From: a virus
Virus record (IMG/VR): IMGVR_UViG_3300032047_000006
Coordinates: 17,441-81,440 of that record
Length of the DNA: 64,000 nucleotides
Reading direction: 5' to 3' (one strand)
Part shown: positions 38,340 to 48,976 of the stretch, one piece after another
How positions within the stretch are numbered: the stretch's first letter is position 1
How the letters are laid out: each line of letters begins with the position of its first letter
Translations under genes and position numbers: made by a program
Notes under the pieces: generated by a model
Told to the model about the DNA's origin: nothing
The model's input: only the letters and a program-made list of their open reading frames with translations
The model's database searches: none

Positions 38340-41300
38340 TGGCGCTTACTGAAAAAGAAATTTTAGACTCAATCGTTCCCAATATCGAGATAGACAAGAT
38401 AACATTGGAGTCACCAAAGGATGAAGATTCAGATGGGCTCTTGGTTACTGCAAGTTTTGTAGTATACGATGTTGTTGATAAAGACGATATAAGCATGTTC
38501 TTTGCAGCAGAAGAGTTCGAGAAATACACCAATATTAATATCGAGCGATCATTTGGGCACCACATGCTCAGTCGGAAGCGAAACCACACATCGAGCCTAA
38601 GTGAAGTTTTTACAGAAGAGAACCATTATGAGACAACTCCCTTATCAGATGGGAGAACGTTGAAGAAGTTCAAGTTCACAAGAATATTTAACTTCGATAA
38701 AGCCCCACTAGAACTAGTCATAACGGCACGCTCATATATAAATACGGCACAGATAGAGGAAGATATGGGCTTGACACCCGATACATTCAAGCTCCCACTG
38801 TCGGCATCTATAAAAGAAGAAAAACAAGTTGTGTTGAAAAAAGGGCAGGTAATTTCAACTACCACTTCCTATATTTACTATGACGCAAATGGCAGAGAAA
38901 TAAAGTGGAATGGCACTCGCCACGAGATGCTCGACACCCAGGGCAATGTAATAGGTTATATGACAGGGGCAAATCACACAGAAGAATCATTTGACTTGCA
39001 AGAAAAGGTGGAAAGAAACGACAAAATTCAAGACTTTAGGGCGAGAGGCTCTTTGTCAAGGTTTGAATTTGATAGCTCTAGCCTGATGACTGAATTATCA
39101 AATATCGAACACCAAGCTTTACGCCGTGTATCTGAATTAGAAGCTGAATCAAATAATGTCACGACAGAGTTGTGGACAACAAGAGGTATATCAGGAGATG
39201 CCAGGTTTATGATGGCTCTAGACATAAAAGAATTGATAAGAAAGAAAAGCGAATACCGCCGCTACCACGATTCTTTTAGTCCCGAAGTCTTTGATCAGCT
39301 CGCTTCCAGCGCCGAAGTTAGATATGTGAAGGTGCGAAGAAAGAGGGTAAAGACAACGAGGACTCCGTCAGGGATTCTAGTTTCAGATTTTTCAGATAGA
39401 TCCGAAGATAAAATAATTGTGGAAACTTTTAAAAAACCCAATCAACCTTTCCAGGAAATAAGAAATGAATCCGCAGGAATAAAACAGGTGGACATAGAAC
39501 AAGATGATTTAGTTTTTCTAACAGGCACAGACTTTGAAATGTCAGAGATCACTGACGGGTTATATTCCTATGGCTACGAGATTAGCGTAATTGATCCAAC
39601 AAAGAGTTATATTGAGAACGAAATAATTGAGCTTCAAAGTTATCTAAGTGTGCTGGAATCTTTTTATGAAAAATCCATCTCTCCAAGAAACTACGACAGA
39701 ATGACAAACAGGTATACAAATAAGTATTCGAGAGAAATGCAAGGTATGATGCATGTACAGTTCGATGGTGATGAACTAAGAACAGAAGAGTTCATGAAGG
39801 CTTCAGCTATCAAGTATTTAACAGTATTCCGCATGTTCGCAAGTGAATATTTTAAAAACCCTTCAGCAGCTTGGTCGCTTTCCTCAGGACTATTGGGTAT
39901 AGCAAGATCAACAACGACATCTCCAGAACCAGTTCAATTCCTCATAGATATTTATAATTCTCTCATTAATCGCTTGTCATCGATTGTAGGACTAAAAAGG
40001 AGCACTATCGCAGGCACAGAGAGAGATTCATCGACATATAGTTTTAAATCATCTATGGAGCTTGAGTTGACGTCTTCAAGATTTTACGAAGAGCTAGACT
40101 CACTATTTGACTCGAACGTTCCAAAGAGAAGCGGAGTAGATTATCTTCACGATCCAAGTATTGAATTTGAAGAAGCGAGAGAATTGTCCCAAGAATCACA
40201 AACGATCGGACTTAGAGATATATCAGGAGCCCAGTGGGAGCCACGGCAGAGAGCCGAGATAAGTAGATTCTTTTCGTCAGCCACCCCGGAGATAAGAATT
40301 CCATATATTGCAACTGAGAATAACCCCTTGCCCTTTTCTATGTCAGCAGCAGGCACTGAAGTATTGACACCAACAGTTTTTTTACAAAACTCAAACGTCC
40401 TTCAGAACAATGTAGAGTCACCAGTAATGACTGAGAGAATAACCGAGGTATATGCCCAAGCAATGGATCATGTTTCAGGCATGAGATTGCCAGGAGAACA
40501 GGTACCACCGCTACGGGCATCATCTTCTCCATCAACACCATCATTTGCAAATTTGTTCTCCACATTCAATGTGACGTTTGACAACACGCACCAACTCACA
40601 TCAATATTGGAGCAAAATCCGATATCAGCATCCCTTGAGAAAGTATTCGAATCTTGCCTGACAAAGCAACTCCTCGATGAGATAGATCCTTTGCATGGGT
40701 GGGAGAAAGATTCAGAAACGGGAGAGAGATTAACTACGCCAGAGCCTGATAGAGAAGTTGCCATAGATTTCGATATATCCCGCCATGCCTTCAGGAGAAT
40801 TAGAACTAGCCTATTTAATCAATCAAACGCCCGAAGAGCCGGTATGCCATTGCCCCCCATGCCCCACATCCGTCCTGATCTTGAAGATCCAGGTTATATG
40901 AGAAGCCCCTTCGAAAGATTTAATCTTGCCCCCGAGTCCGCACAAAACTCTTATATTTCAGACGTCCCTGCCGCTCAACAGCAAGAGTACTTTCAATCAT
41001 TGCCTACTCAAATAAAAGCTATATTTGCAGCAACATTGCCAAATCAACAGGAATCAGTCGTTAAGAGTTTTAGATTCCTTGAGAACAACAACACCTCGGG
41101 GCACTATGAAGTTAATCTTGGGTTTATGGCAAGTATTGAATATCTATCCTCTTTCGATCGCATTAGTTCGAAAAAATCAAACCTCTTTTCTGGACAAGCT
41201 AATACCAGTCCAAGAAAGCCGAATCTCAAAAAGCCAAGATGGAGTCCGCTGACTATAGACGCCTATGCTGAAAATAGGGAAAAGAAGCTTATATGTAGAA

Positions 41301-42103
41301 TAAAGAGGGCACATTACGAAGATCTAGGAATAAGAACCAGCGACTTCGGCATACCTATTTATAATGAATATTTTTTGATAACCCCTCCAAGAAATTATAG
41401 ATTACCTGAATCAGCATACCGCAGCGTCGCAACGTCACGAAGACAGCAGCAGACGGAGGATAGAATACTTGCAGAATCACTATCGAGGATAGATACAGAG
41501 CAAGAGGTGACACAAGAGAGAGCTAGGATTCATAGAGAACTGGCACGCCTACGCTCGTTACTGCTTGAGCTTAAATCAGACAGAGAAAGATTTATCATAC
41601 AGAGGGATCAAGCATCAAATTATTTATCCATTCTTCGCCAGAATGTAACGAGCTTTGAAAACAGAAGGGAGATAAGCAGGACAGAGACGGAGCTTGAAAA
41701 TTTTAAAACATTGATTGCAAATATTGAACCAGACATTGAAGAGACGGAAGATATGATTAATGCAATTGAAAGCTCCTTATCAGAAGCTACACTGACATCT
41801 ATTGAAACCTTAGAGGAGTTGTCAGAGCCAGTTCGGGAGCTACAGTCAGAGCGCCAGCGATTGAGAGAAGAGATTGACAGCGAATCGAGAAGCATAGCTC
41901 GTCTTGAGGATTTAAGACGTGAAATATTTAATGATCCAGGTAGTCATGTGCGGAGAGACACCACTTTAAGACTGACAGACGATGCTCAATTTCAATATGA
42001 TTATCACTATTCTGAGATCCGCCGCATCACCGACGAAGAGATTGTTCCCCGTCAACGCCGGGTTTTGGAGATAAGCAGGATACTTGATGATGGAATGGCA
42101 TGA
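38333..42103 (+). CDS. Large virion structural protein with C-terminal coiled coil
   Basis: 1256 aa (start 38333 or 38339); E/R-rich heptad region over the last ~220 aa. Confidence 0.7.
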   Translation: MLMALTEKEILDSIVPNIEIDKITLESPKDEDSDGLLVTASFVVYDVVDKDDISMFFAAEEFEKYTNINIERSFGHHMLSRKRNHTSSLSEVFTEENHYETTPLSDGRTLKKFKFTRIFNFDKAPLELVITARSYINTAQIEEDMGLTPDTFKLPLSASIKEEKQVVLKKGQVISTTTSYIYYDANGREIKWNGTRHEMLDTQGNVIGYMTGANHTEESFDLQEKVERNDKIQDFRARGSLSRFEFDSSSLMTELSNIEHQALRRVSELEAESNNVTTELWTTRGISGDARFMMALDIKELIRKKSEYRRYHDSFSPEVFDQLASSAEVRYVKVRRKRVKTTRTPSGILVSDFSDRSEDKIIVETFKKPNQPFQEIRNESAGIKQVDIEQDDLVFLTGTDFEMSEITDGLYSYGYEISVIDPTKSYIENEIIELQSYLSVLESFYEKSISPRNYDRMTNRYTNKYSREMQGMMHVQFDGDELRTEEFMKASAIKYLTVFRMFASEYFKNPSAAWSLSSGLLGIARSTTTSPEPVQFLIDIYNSLINRLSSIVGLKRSTIAGTERDSSTYSFKSSMELELTSSRFYEELDSLFDSNVPKRSGVDYLHDPSIEFEEARELSQESQTIGLRDISGAQWEPRQRAEISRFFSSATPEIRIPYIATENNPLPFSMSAAGTEVLTPTVFLQNSNVLQNNVESPVMTERITEVYAQAMDHVSGMRLPGEQVPPLRASSSPSTPSFANLFSTFNVTFDNTHQLTSILEQNPISASLEKVFESCLTKQLLDEIDPLHGWEKDSETGERLTTPEPDREVAIDFDISRHAFRRIRTSLFNQSNARRAGMPLPPMPHIRPDLEDPGYMRSPFERFNLAPESAQNSYISDVPAAQQQEYFQSLPTQIKAIFAATLPNQQESVVKSFRFLENNNTSGHYEVNLGFMASIEYLSSFDRISSKKSNLFSGQANTSPRKPNLKKPRWSPLTIDAYAENREKKLICRIKRAHYEDLGIRTSDFGIPIYNEYFLITPPRNYRLPESAYRSVATSRRQQQTEDRILAESLSRIDTEQEVTQERARIHRELARLRSLLLELKSDRERFIIQRDQASNYLSILRQNVTSFENRREISRTETELENFKTLIANIEPDIEETEDMINAIESSLSEATLTSIETLEELSEPVRELQSERQRLREEIDSESRSIARLEDLRREIFNDPGSHVRRDTTLRLTDDAQFQYDYHYSEIRRITDEEIVPRQRRVLEISRILDDGMA

Positions 42104-42122
42104 GTCTATAATTTTCTTGAAC

Positions 42123-42130
42123 CTATTTAT
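42123..42130 (+). promoter_or_regulatory. CTATTTAT motif (candidate late promoter)
   Basis: Intergenic, about 30 nt upstream of ATG 42161. Confidence 0.6.
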
Positions 42131-42160
42131 ACTTAAAGAATCATCACGGATAAAGGTAAT

Positions 42161-44470
42161 ATGAAGAAGAAAGCCGACAAATCAGCAGACAAATTGTTCG
42201 TCGTAGAGCGAGAAAATTCATCAGCAGAAATAGACGATGGACAGCCACGTGATATGGTTCGACACCTTAACAATTCATATTGGACAAACCTTGATCCAAG
42301 AGCACAGTCAGCCGGTAGGAATGATTTGTATAAGAATTCCTATGGCTCACTCTTTAGAAGCAATTTTTCACCCGAAAACCCGGACGGCATAACTGAGATC
42401 GTGATGACGAAGCATCGTTTTTCTGATAAAACTGCATTCAACAAATCCAAAGCGAAGCTTAATCAATTTCTATCACTACACAACGGCGCAACATTTATGG
42501 ATCATGCTGCTGAGTTTAATGTTTATGAATCGAGTAGTAATGAGCGGGAGAGTGCCATCGGCGTTCTAAATCTCTACGCCACCATCGAGCCAAGTTATAA
42601 TTTTCTATCGGAGAGGTACGAAGACTTGTTGGCAGAACAGGAAGGAATACCAGATCACACCCTTCCGAGTATTTATAACTTTTTATTAAATCAGGATACT
42701 CCCACCGCAGAAATACAGACGATATTAAGCCAAAACGGAAAAATAAAAGTACCATCTCAACCTTCTAGCCCTGAAGGGCAACAATTTGCACCGATAGATT
42801 CATACTATCAACAGTGGGCATTGAATTGGAGAGATTGGCGCAACAGCGGCGCATATAATCAGACTAAGCAAAAGATGAGATCTATATTCTTTACAAAAGA
42901 TGATATGTCAAGATTAAATGATATTGCAAAATATAAGGAATTATTCCCAATGTTTGTGGAGATAGAGTTTAATACTGAGTTTGAGTCAGGGCTCGGAACG
43001 ACACTCTCCGAAACAAAATACACGGAGTCTATAAAGAGTTATATGGAGTTTGAGCCACATGCGAGCACTATAAACACATACGAGGTATCCAAGCTGATAA
43101 ACGATGATGAATTAATAGAAGGCAACGACGTCGCCGCACGTGACAACTCCAGCATTGCACTTGAGACAAGAAAATTTTACGATATTTCAGATCTGTTCGA
43201 AAACTCTTCGAATTTAAACGCTCAAATCGGTAGTAGCCACTATTTCTCAGATAATGTTAGGCAACCATTTTCAGATTATAAAGCTTATTATACTATGATG
43301 GCTATCATAACAAAAGCGAAAACTGAAGCGATTATAAGAAATAACCAAAGAACTTTTGAGGAAATCTTCAACGGAAAGTTGTGCCACTCAGAGACAGTAA
43401 TGTACATCGTTAGGAAATATAACTCATCGGAGGAGTTGATTCAAACGTATCACTTTGCAAATATCGAAGGTATGGATAAGATAAAGTTTATTGATACCCA
43501 GGTGAAATACGAGAAAGAGTATCGATATGACATATCGGCAGTCAAGATAGTACTCGGCGCAGAATATACTTATGAGAGGATCCCTGAAACCGGACTCCAA
43601 CGGGGTACAACCCACCGCCCCCAGCAGCCATCCGATGAGGATATTCGCATAAGGGTTAGGAACAAGCCCTCAACAAAATTAATAGAGATCCCATTGATGA
43701 GTAAAGAAGTTAAGATAATGGACAGCCCACCACTGCCCCCTGCCTTTCTTCCAATACCATTAAAGGGTATCAACAACCGAATGCGCTTTTTCTTAAATTC
43801 CGCCCCCGGCAGAGCGTTTCTTAAACCCCTGCCCCTGACAGAATTAGAGTCGGCTAGAATCGACTTCATAAAGAATGCAAAGGACAATTCAAGTGAAGAG
43901 GTGTATTTTGAAACTGATGATACAGTGGATACATTCTTTATCTATAGGCTAGAGTCACCGCCTTCGTCCTACAAAGACTTCATTACTGGTGGGAAAGAAA
44001 TGAAGATTAAGACGTCACTAGGCGGAACATCTTCAAGCTCGGGAGCTATTGAGGACAAGCTCATTCCTAATAAACGATACTATTATATGGCACGATGCAG
44101 AGACATTCACGAGAATTATTCAAACCCGACAGAAGTATACGAAATCGAATTGGTAGATGACGCAGGTTCAACATACCCTGTAATCCGACAATTCGAGTTT
44201 AAAACTGTCGAAAATAGAACACCAGTTAAACCGGCAAAGAGATTCATACACATATCTCCTACGACATTCCAGTCCACGGTAAACATGGAGAAGTCCAATA
44301 TAGCGTCTGATGATTCTCCAAAGATTAACCAAAACCTCGTTCTCGGCAATGAAGAAGAGTCTCTATGGGGTAAAAAGTTCAAAATAAGACTGACAAGTAA
44401 ATCTACAGGGAAGAAGGTGGATTTTAACTTTACTTTTAGTCACGAGCCAAAGATACAAACAGAAATATAA
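42161..44470 (+). CDS. Virion structural protein with FN3-like beta domains
   Basis: FIDTQVKYEKEYRYDISA and IEDKLIPNKRYYYMAR...YSNPT are FN3-like strands. Confidence 0.6.
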   Translation: MKKKADKSADKLFVVERENSSAEIDDGQPRDMVRHLNNSYWTNLDPRAQSAGRNDLYKNSYGSLFRSNFSPENPDGITEIVMTKHRFSDKTAFNKSKAKLNQFLSLHNGATFMDHAAEFNVYESSSNERESAIGVLNLYATIEPSYNFLSERYEDLLAEQEGIPDHTLPSIYNFLLNQDTPTAEIQTILSQNGKIKVPSQPSSPEGQQFAPIDSYYQQWALNWRDWRNSGAYNQTKQKMRSIFFTKDDMSRLNDIAKYKELFPMFVEIEFNTEFESGLGTTLSETKYTESIKSYMEFEPHASTINTYEVSKLINDDELIEGNDVAARDNSSIALETRKFYDISDLFENSSNLNAQIGSSHYFSDNVRQPFSDYKAYYTMMAIITKAKTEAIIRNNQRTFEEIFNGKLCHSETVMYIVRKYNSSEELIQTYHFANIEGMDKIKFIDTQVKYEKEYRYDISAVKIVLGAEYTYERIPETGLQRGTTHRPQQPSDEDIRIRVRNKPSTKLIEIPLMSKEVKIMDSPPLPPAFLPIPLKGINNRMRFFLNSAPGRAFLKPLPLTELESARIDFIKNAKDNSSEEVYFETDDTVDTFFIYRLESPPSSYKDFITGGKEMKIKTSLGGTSSSSGAIEDKLIPNKRYYYMARCRDIHENYSNPTEVYEIELVDDAGSTYPVIRQFEFKTVENRTPVKPAKRFIHISPTTFQSTVNMEKSNIASDDSPKINQNLVLGNEEESLWGKKFKIRLTSKSTGKKVDFNFTFSHEPKIQTEI

Positions 44471-44506
44471 TTTTTTTAGGTTTAAGGTTTTATTTCAATA
44501 ATAAAA

Positions 44507-44514
44507 CTAATTAT
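44507..44514 (+). promoter_or_regulatory. CTAATTAT motif (candidate late promoter)
   Basis: About 20 nt upstream of ATG 44535, before a GGAGG SD. Confidence 0.62.
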
Positions 44515-44534
44515 AATGCGGAGGATAGAACAAA

Positions 44535-45506
44535 ATGGCATTTTTAGACAATTCAGGCGACATCATTCTTGACGCAGTTTTAACTGACACGGGCAGAATG
44601 AGATTAGCAAAAGGCGACGGTTCTTTTAGAGTGGTAAAGTTTGCACTCAGTGATGACGAGATCGACTACGAACTTTTTAACAAATCACATCCTAGTGGTT
44701 CGGCTTATTACGACTTGGAGATCATGCAGACTCCTGTCTTGGAGGCATTTACTAATAATACCTCCACAATGAAGCATAAACTGATGTCAATGCCACAGAC
44801 TAACTTGATATATCTTCCTTCTATGAAACTAAACAATCAGGTAGAAGGTACTAAGTCCGCACAGATTACGTTCCAGGCTGGATCTTCATCAGTCGTCCAA
44901 AACATCGACAACGCCACCGCCGCCGAAGGTGGAATTTTTATGGTTGCAGTCGATAAGAGCACCTATGACGCCACCGGCCCCCAACCTGGGCTGATTGCTG
45001 GATCATTTGAACAAAATCAGCAGGGCAAGTCGATTAGAGTGGATCAGGGCTTGAACACCACGGCTATCTCATCCCAATCACCACTGTCATCCGAATTGAG
45101 AGAGACACAATATATTGTCAGGCTAGACAGCAGATTCCTGTCACTTGCACCAGTTGGCTCTAATGAGCCAGCAAAGGTTTCATTTATTGATGATGATTCA
45201 GTTGCAACATATTACCTCTCTCTCAACACTGATACTGAATATGTGGCGAACATGAGCAGTGACGAGACAGAGAGTGTAATTTCCGGACCAAAGGGAAGTA
45301 ATATTAAGTTTTCTCTCCTGTCATCTTTAGACTTGGAGACGAGTTCACACATGTTTACCACGCTCGGCGGAAGCTCAAGTATGCAGATCACCACTGACGG
45401 CACCGCAAAGAATTACTACTATATCGATACAAATGTGAGAGTTACGGGCGCTACCACAGGAAGCACCGTTGACATTCCTGTTAGATTGATGAAGCACTAT
45501 ACATAA
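44535..45506 (+). CDS. Tail/baseplate structural protein
   Basis: MAFLDNSGDIILDAVLTDTGRMRLA...KFALSDDEIDY resembles the start of tail-collar fibre (DUF3751-like) domains. Confidence 0.65.
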   Translation: MAFLDNSGDIILDAVLTDTGRMRLAKGDGSFRVVKFALSDDEIDYELFNKSHPSGSAYYDLEIMQTPVLEAFTNNTSTMKHKLMSMPQTNLIYLPSMKLNNQVEGTKSAQITFQAGSSSVVQNIDNATAAEGGIFMVAVDKSTYDATGPQPGLIAGSFEQNQQGKSIRVDQGLNTTAISSQSPLSSELRETQYIVRLDSRFLSLAPVGSNEPAKVSFIDDDSVATYYLSLNTDTEYVANMSSDETESVISGPKGSNIKFSLLSSLDLETSSHMFTTLGGSSSMQITTDGTAKNYYYIDTNVRVTGATTGSTVDIPVRLMKHYT

Positions 45507-45526
45507 TATAAAGAGGATAATATAAA

Positions 45527-46717
45527 ATGGCATCAACATATAAAACGTTTTTAAGTGACGACGTCGCATCAACAAGGACGCTACTGCACGAAGCAATTCC
45601 AATTACGGGATCTATCATCTATGGAACGTATGGCACCCTCGCTGCCAACAATGAGACTCACGTAAAGAAATTTGGACACGGAATGTTTCAGTCAGTATAT
45701 GATTATGCATATCAATCCTCTTCGGCAAATCACATCTTTGATTTAACACACGGACACAATACTGAATATGCTACTCAGGGAGTGACTAGCACTCAATCTG
45801 ACGGAGCCAACTATGACGGTAACGCAAGCCTTGCAAATATAACCTCACACGATTATTTTTCTAAAAGAAAGAATGTGTATAATCAGATGGCACAGATCTT
45901 ATCGGGACATAAAGTGGACGGCTCAATTCGTGACTTTGATAGAGACGGAGATCTCGTGGGCACTGCGGGTAATTATAACGCCCTAATTTTCATGAACTTC
46001 GCCAGGTTGCTAGGAAAAGACGAAATTAAGAAAGGCTCCTTTTCAATAGAGTTGGGCGCAACTACCACATACGATGCAACCCATGCAAACATGCATGCTG
46101 ATGTACTCACCATAACAGACGCACACGCCACTAGTGATTATAAAATAAATTCCCCAGCAGGTGAATATGGAATCTTAAAGGCATCATCCGGCGGCGCTCT
46201 TCATGCCAGTGCAAACGTGAACTGCGGATTGATATATTACCAAGCAGGCATTGTAGCATTAACCCCAGATGTCTTCATGGCATATGCAAACGGAACATAT
46301 AATGAAGGTAAGCTTGATACAGGAGATGCTGGCATCTCAGGGAATGCTGAAATGACAGCTACCCAGGACATCTTAGCCCTCATAAATAATAACACTAATG
46401 AGACTATGGATGAGGTATCTGACGCATTGAGACAAAGAATTAAGAACGTTTCTTTTAGCAACACAACAGAGCTTAATTCAACTATTTATTTCTGTAGAGT
46501 CGGACACAATGACTTTAATTATAGTACAAACCCAACCTATCTTGAGGACAGCAAGATTCGAGTAAAGAACAACTCAACTGATGCTCCTGTGTCTTACATC
46601 ACAACTGTGGGAATGTATTCTTCAGATAACGAGCTTCTCGCTGTAGCAAAGCTCTCGGAACCCCTTCGTAAGGATCCTACAAACGACATCACTCTTCGTG
46701 TCCGCTTAGACTACTAA
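45527..46717 (+). CDS. Tail hub/fibre-anchor protein
   Basis: C-terminal FNYSTNPTY...YITTVGMYSSDNELLAVAKLSEPLRK...VRLDY. Confidence 0.65.
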   Translation: MASTYKTFLSDDVASTRTLLHEAIPITGSIIYGTYGTLAANNETHVKKFGHGMFQSVYDYAYQSSSANHIFDLTHGHNTEYATQGVTSTQSDGANYDGNASLANITSHDYFSKRKNVYNQMAQILSGHKVDGSIRDFDRDGDLVGTAGNYNALIFMNFARLLGKDEIKKGSFSIELGATTTYDATHANMHADVLTITDAHATSDYKINSPAGEYGILKASSGGALHASANVNCGLIYYQAGIVALTPDVFMAYANGTYNEGKLDTGDAGISGNAEMTATQDILALINNNTNETMDEVSDALRQRIKNVSFSNTTELNSTIYFCRVGHNDFNYSTNPTYLEDSKIRVKNNSTDAPVSYITTVGMYSSDNELLAVAKLSEPLRKDPTNDITLRVRLDY

Positions 46718-46738
46718 GAGTCTAGGAGGTGGGCAATA

Positions 46739-48394
46739 ATGTCTTTATATAGATTCGAGAAAGACGATATTTTTCAGAATAGAATAAAGGCACACCCTCG
46801 TGTACACTTTTTTATAAACAATAGTACAATATATTATAATGATGAAAAGGATGCAATACGTTCTGGTACGGAGACTATAAAGCAAGTCCCTCATGGACAC
46901 TTGAGTCTATATGAGATTAACATCAATAGAACAGAGGGTAATAACGACGAAGGCTTGATCAAACCCTATATAACAAAGCAGGGAACATTAAATAGTTTTT
47001 CTACAGTGTCGACAGAAGACTTCCAGGGGTTTTCATATGGAACTGAAATATCAGGATCATATCCCCTATCTTCCACGATTTCAATAGACTATTATTCCTC
47101 AAGTAATGCTATTCGGCGAAGAATAAACTCCCTAAAGAATACTTTTAATTTTTATAAAACACTCAGTCCTCATTATGCGTTCGAGTCAAGCACTTGGAAT
47201 AAGGGAACTCAAGATATCAAGCTTATATCAATACCTTCAATCTTTTATGGCTCATCTATCAAAAAGGGAAGTGTTAAGTTAAACTTTTATATAACTGGAT
47301 CACTTGCGGCAACACTTGAGGACTCTAACCGAGATGGAGAACTTATTCAGACATTCGGACCGGCAGGCGCTCCATCAACTTCCGAAATAGACTTTAACAG
47401 TTCGTTTTTAGGATTCTATAATGACAGTAGAATAATGCTAGAAGATGCATCAGGGGTAATAAAGACGTTTCTATTTGATTCTAGTAATACCGAGGGCGCT
47501 ACAGGATCCATCGATGGCAGTGGAAATGTTATAGTTCAGATAAACGGCTTCGAAGGTAGCCGTGAAAACATTGCAACAGCATTTTCATCAGCGGTTAATT
47601 TGACAACAAGTCTTCAAATCTCGGCTGCTGATGATAGTAATGGGAACATAACCTTGACTCAAGACATAGCAGGTACCAATGGTGATACAACAATACAAAA
47701 CCCAGACTTTATATCGGGCATAACTATAACTCAGTTTGCCAACGGCGCATCAGGAAATAATGGCGAAGTGGCAGGAGTGGTTCTCTATAATGAAGGCTTT
47801 GTGTCTCTCACGGGCTCGTGGAACCTCGATAATTCCTTCACAGACTATTATTTAGGAAAGTCAGATTCCGGGGTACCAGCCTCATCCCCATCTTGGTTAA
47901 TGTGGGGACAGATGTCTGAAAACATCTTTTCCACGGATAATGAAACAAAAGTAAAAAGTTCAATATATGAATCCACCTCTGGTGCTTTTGAGCCACCACC
48001 ACCAAACGGAAGTTTTTCAGTCTCTTCTTCTTGGGACTTCGAATGTCAGGGAACAAATTTCATCCCCGTAACTACCATGCTCGCTCACGCAAAAAAGGGA
48101 GACTTGAATCATTCGAATAATCCGACTTATGTAGAATTTTCAGACAGAGAGGTGAGCTTATCAGAAGAACATGATGCAGAGAATAAATATTATGAAAAAC
48201 CTGATCGTGAAATAGCAAGCATCGCAAATTCAATACACCCTAACACACAGGCACCCTTTGAAAAGACGACATACATTTCAAAAATAGGCATCTACGACGA
48301 AAACAAGAATCTAATCGCCATCGCCAAACTAGCTACACCAGTTAAAAAAACCGAAACGAGAGAATACACCTTCAAAATGAAAATAGACTTCTAG
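46739..48394 (+). CDS. Tail hub/fibre-anchor protein, paralog of 45527 gene
   Basis: Shares IKKGS, G.+.Y..G, N.S.NPTY and YISKIGIYDENKNLIAIAKLATPVKK...KIDF. Confidence 0.65.
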   Translation: MSLYRFEKDDIFQNRIKAHPRVHFFINNSTIYYNDEKDAIRSGTETIKQVPHGHLSLYEININRTEGNNDEGLIKPYITKQGTLNSFSTVSTEDFQGFSYGTEISGSYPLSSTISIDYYSSSNAIRRRINSLKNTFNFYKTLSPHYAFESSTWNKGTQDIKLISIPSIFYGSSIKKGSVKLNFYITGSLAATLEDSNRDGELIQTFGPAGAPSTSEIDFNSSFLGFYNDSRIMLEDASGVIKTFLFDSSNTEGATGSIDGSGNVIVQINGFEGSRENIATAFSSAVNLTTSLQISAADDSNGNITLTQDIAGTNGDTTIQNPDFISGITITQFANGASGNNGEVAGVVLYNEGFVSLTGSWNLDNSFTDYYLGKSDSGVPASSPSWLMWGQMSENIFSTDNETKVKSSIYESTSGAFEPPPPNGSFSVSSSWDFECQGTNFIPVTTMLAHAKKGDLNHSNNPTYVEFSDREVSLSEEHDAENKYYEKPDREIASIANSIHPNTQAPFEKTTYISKIGIYDENKNLIAIAKLATPVKKTETREYTFKMKIDF

Positions 48395-48406
48395 AAAGGA
48401 AGAACA

Positions 48407-48922
48407 TTGATTTTAGGACTAGACATTTCCACCAGTATTACAGGCATCACTTTACTCGACGATAACGGAGAGGTAAAAGTTATGAATGCTATCGACACAA
48501 GAAAGTATAAAAACTTTTTCCAAAAAGCAGAAGCTGTCAAAAAAGTCTTGACAGATTTATCCAATTCTTATAAAGTAGAAGAGGTGTTTATAGAACAGTC
48601 TCTGCAATCTTTCCGTTCAGGCTTCTCTTCAGCAAAAACGCTTTCAACCCTTTCTCGTTTTAATGGGATAGTAAGTTGGATGTGTTACTCTCTGTGGAAC
48701 CTTGAGCCTCAATACCTTGCAGCCACATCTGCGAGAAAGCTTTGCGGAATAAAGATTCCAAAAGGCGAGAAAGCAAAACCAGTTGTTTTACAATATGTGC
48801 TTGACAACGAGCCTACTTTCGTGGTAGAATATACAAAACACGGAAACCCCAAGCCTGACTCCTTCGACAGAGCAGATAGTTGGGTTATAGCAAAAGCAGG
48901 TTTTTTTCAAAAAACCGCTTGA
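48407..48922 (+). CDS. RuvC-like Holliday junction resolvase
   Basis: ILGLDISTSITG, VFIEQ, DRADSWVIA; TTG start. Confidence 0.85.
   Translation: MILGLDISTSITGITLLDDNGEVKVMNAIDTRKYKNFFQKAEAVKKVLTDLSNSYKVEEVFIEQSLQSFRSGFSSAKTLSTLSRFNGIVSWMCYSLWNLEPQYLAATSARKLCGIKIPKGEKAKPVVLQYVLDNEPTFVVEYTKHGNPKPDSFDRADSWVIAKAGFFQKTA
48801..48830 (+). promoter_or_regulatory. Sigma70-type promoter inside the resolvase gene
   Basis: TTGACA-18 nt-TAGAAT with an extended -10 TG. Confidence 0.5.
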
Positions 48923-48947
48923 CTTATCATTTCTATTCTGTTATTGT
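48919..48947 (+). promoter_or_regulatory. Sigma70-type promoter upstream of primase
   Basis: TTGACT-17 nt-TATTGT with an extended -10 TG. Confidence 0.55.
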
Positions 48948-48976
48948 GTGAGAGAATAAAAGAAGGTTTATAAAAC

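Noticed and set aside
48898-48922. T7-C-A6 slippery run at the end of the resolvase gene
   Set aside because: The -1 frame stops within about 15 codons and an in-frame TAA precedes the primase start, so no fusion product is possible.
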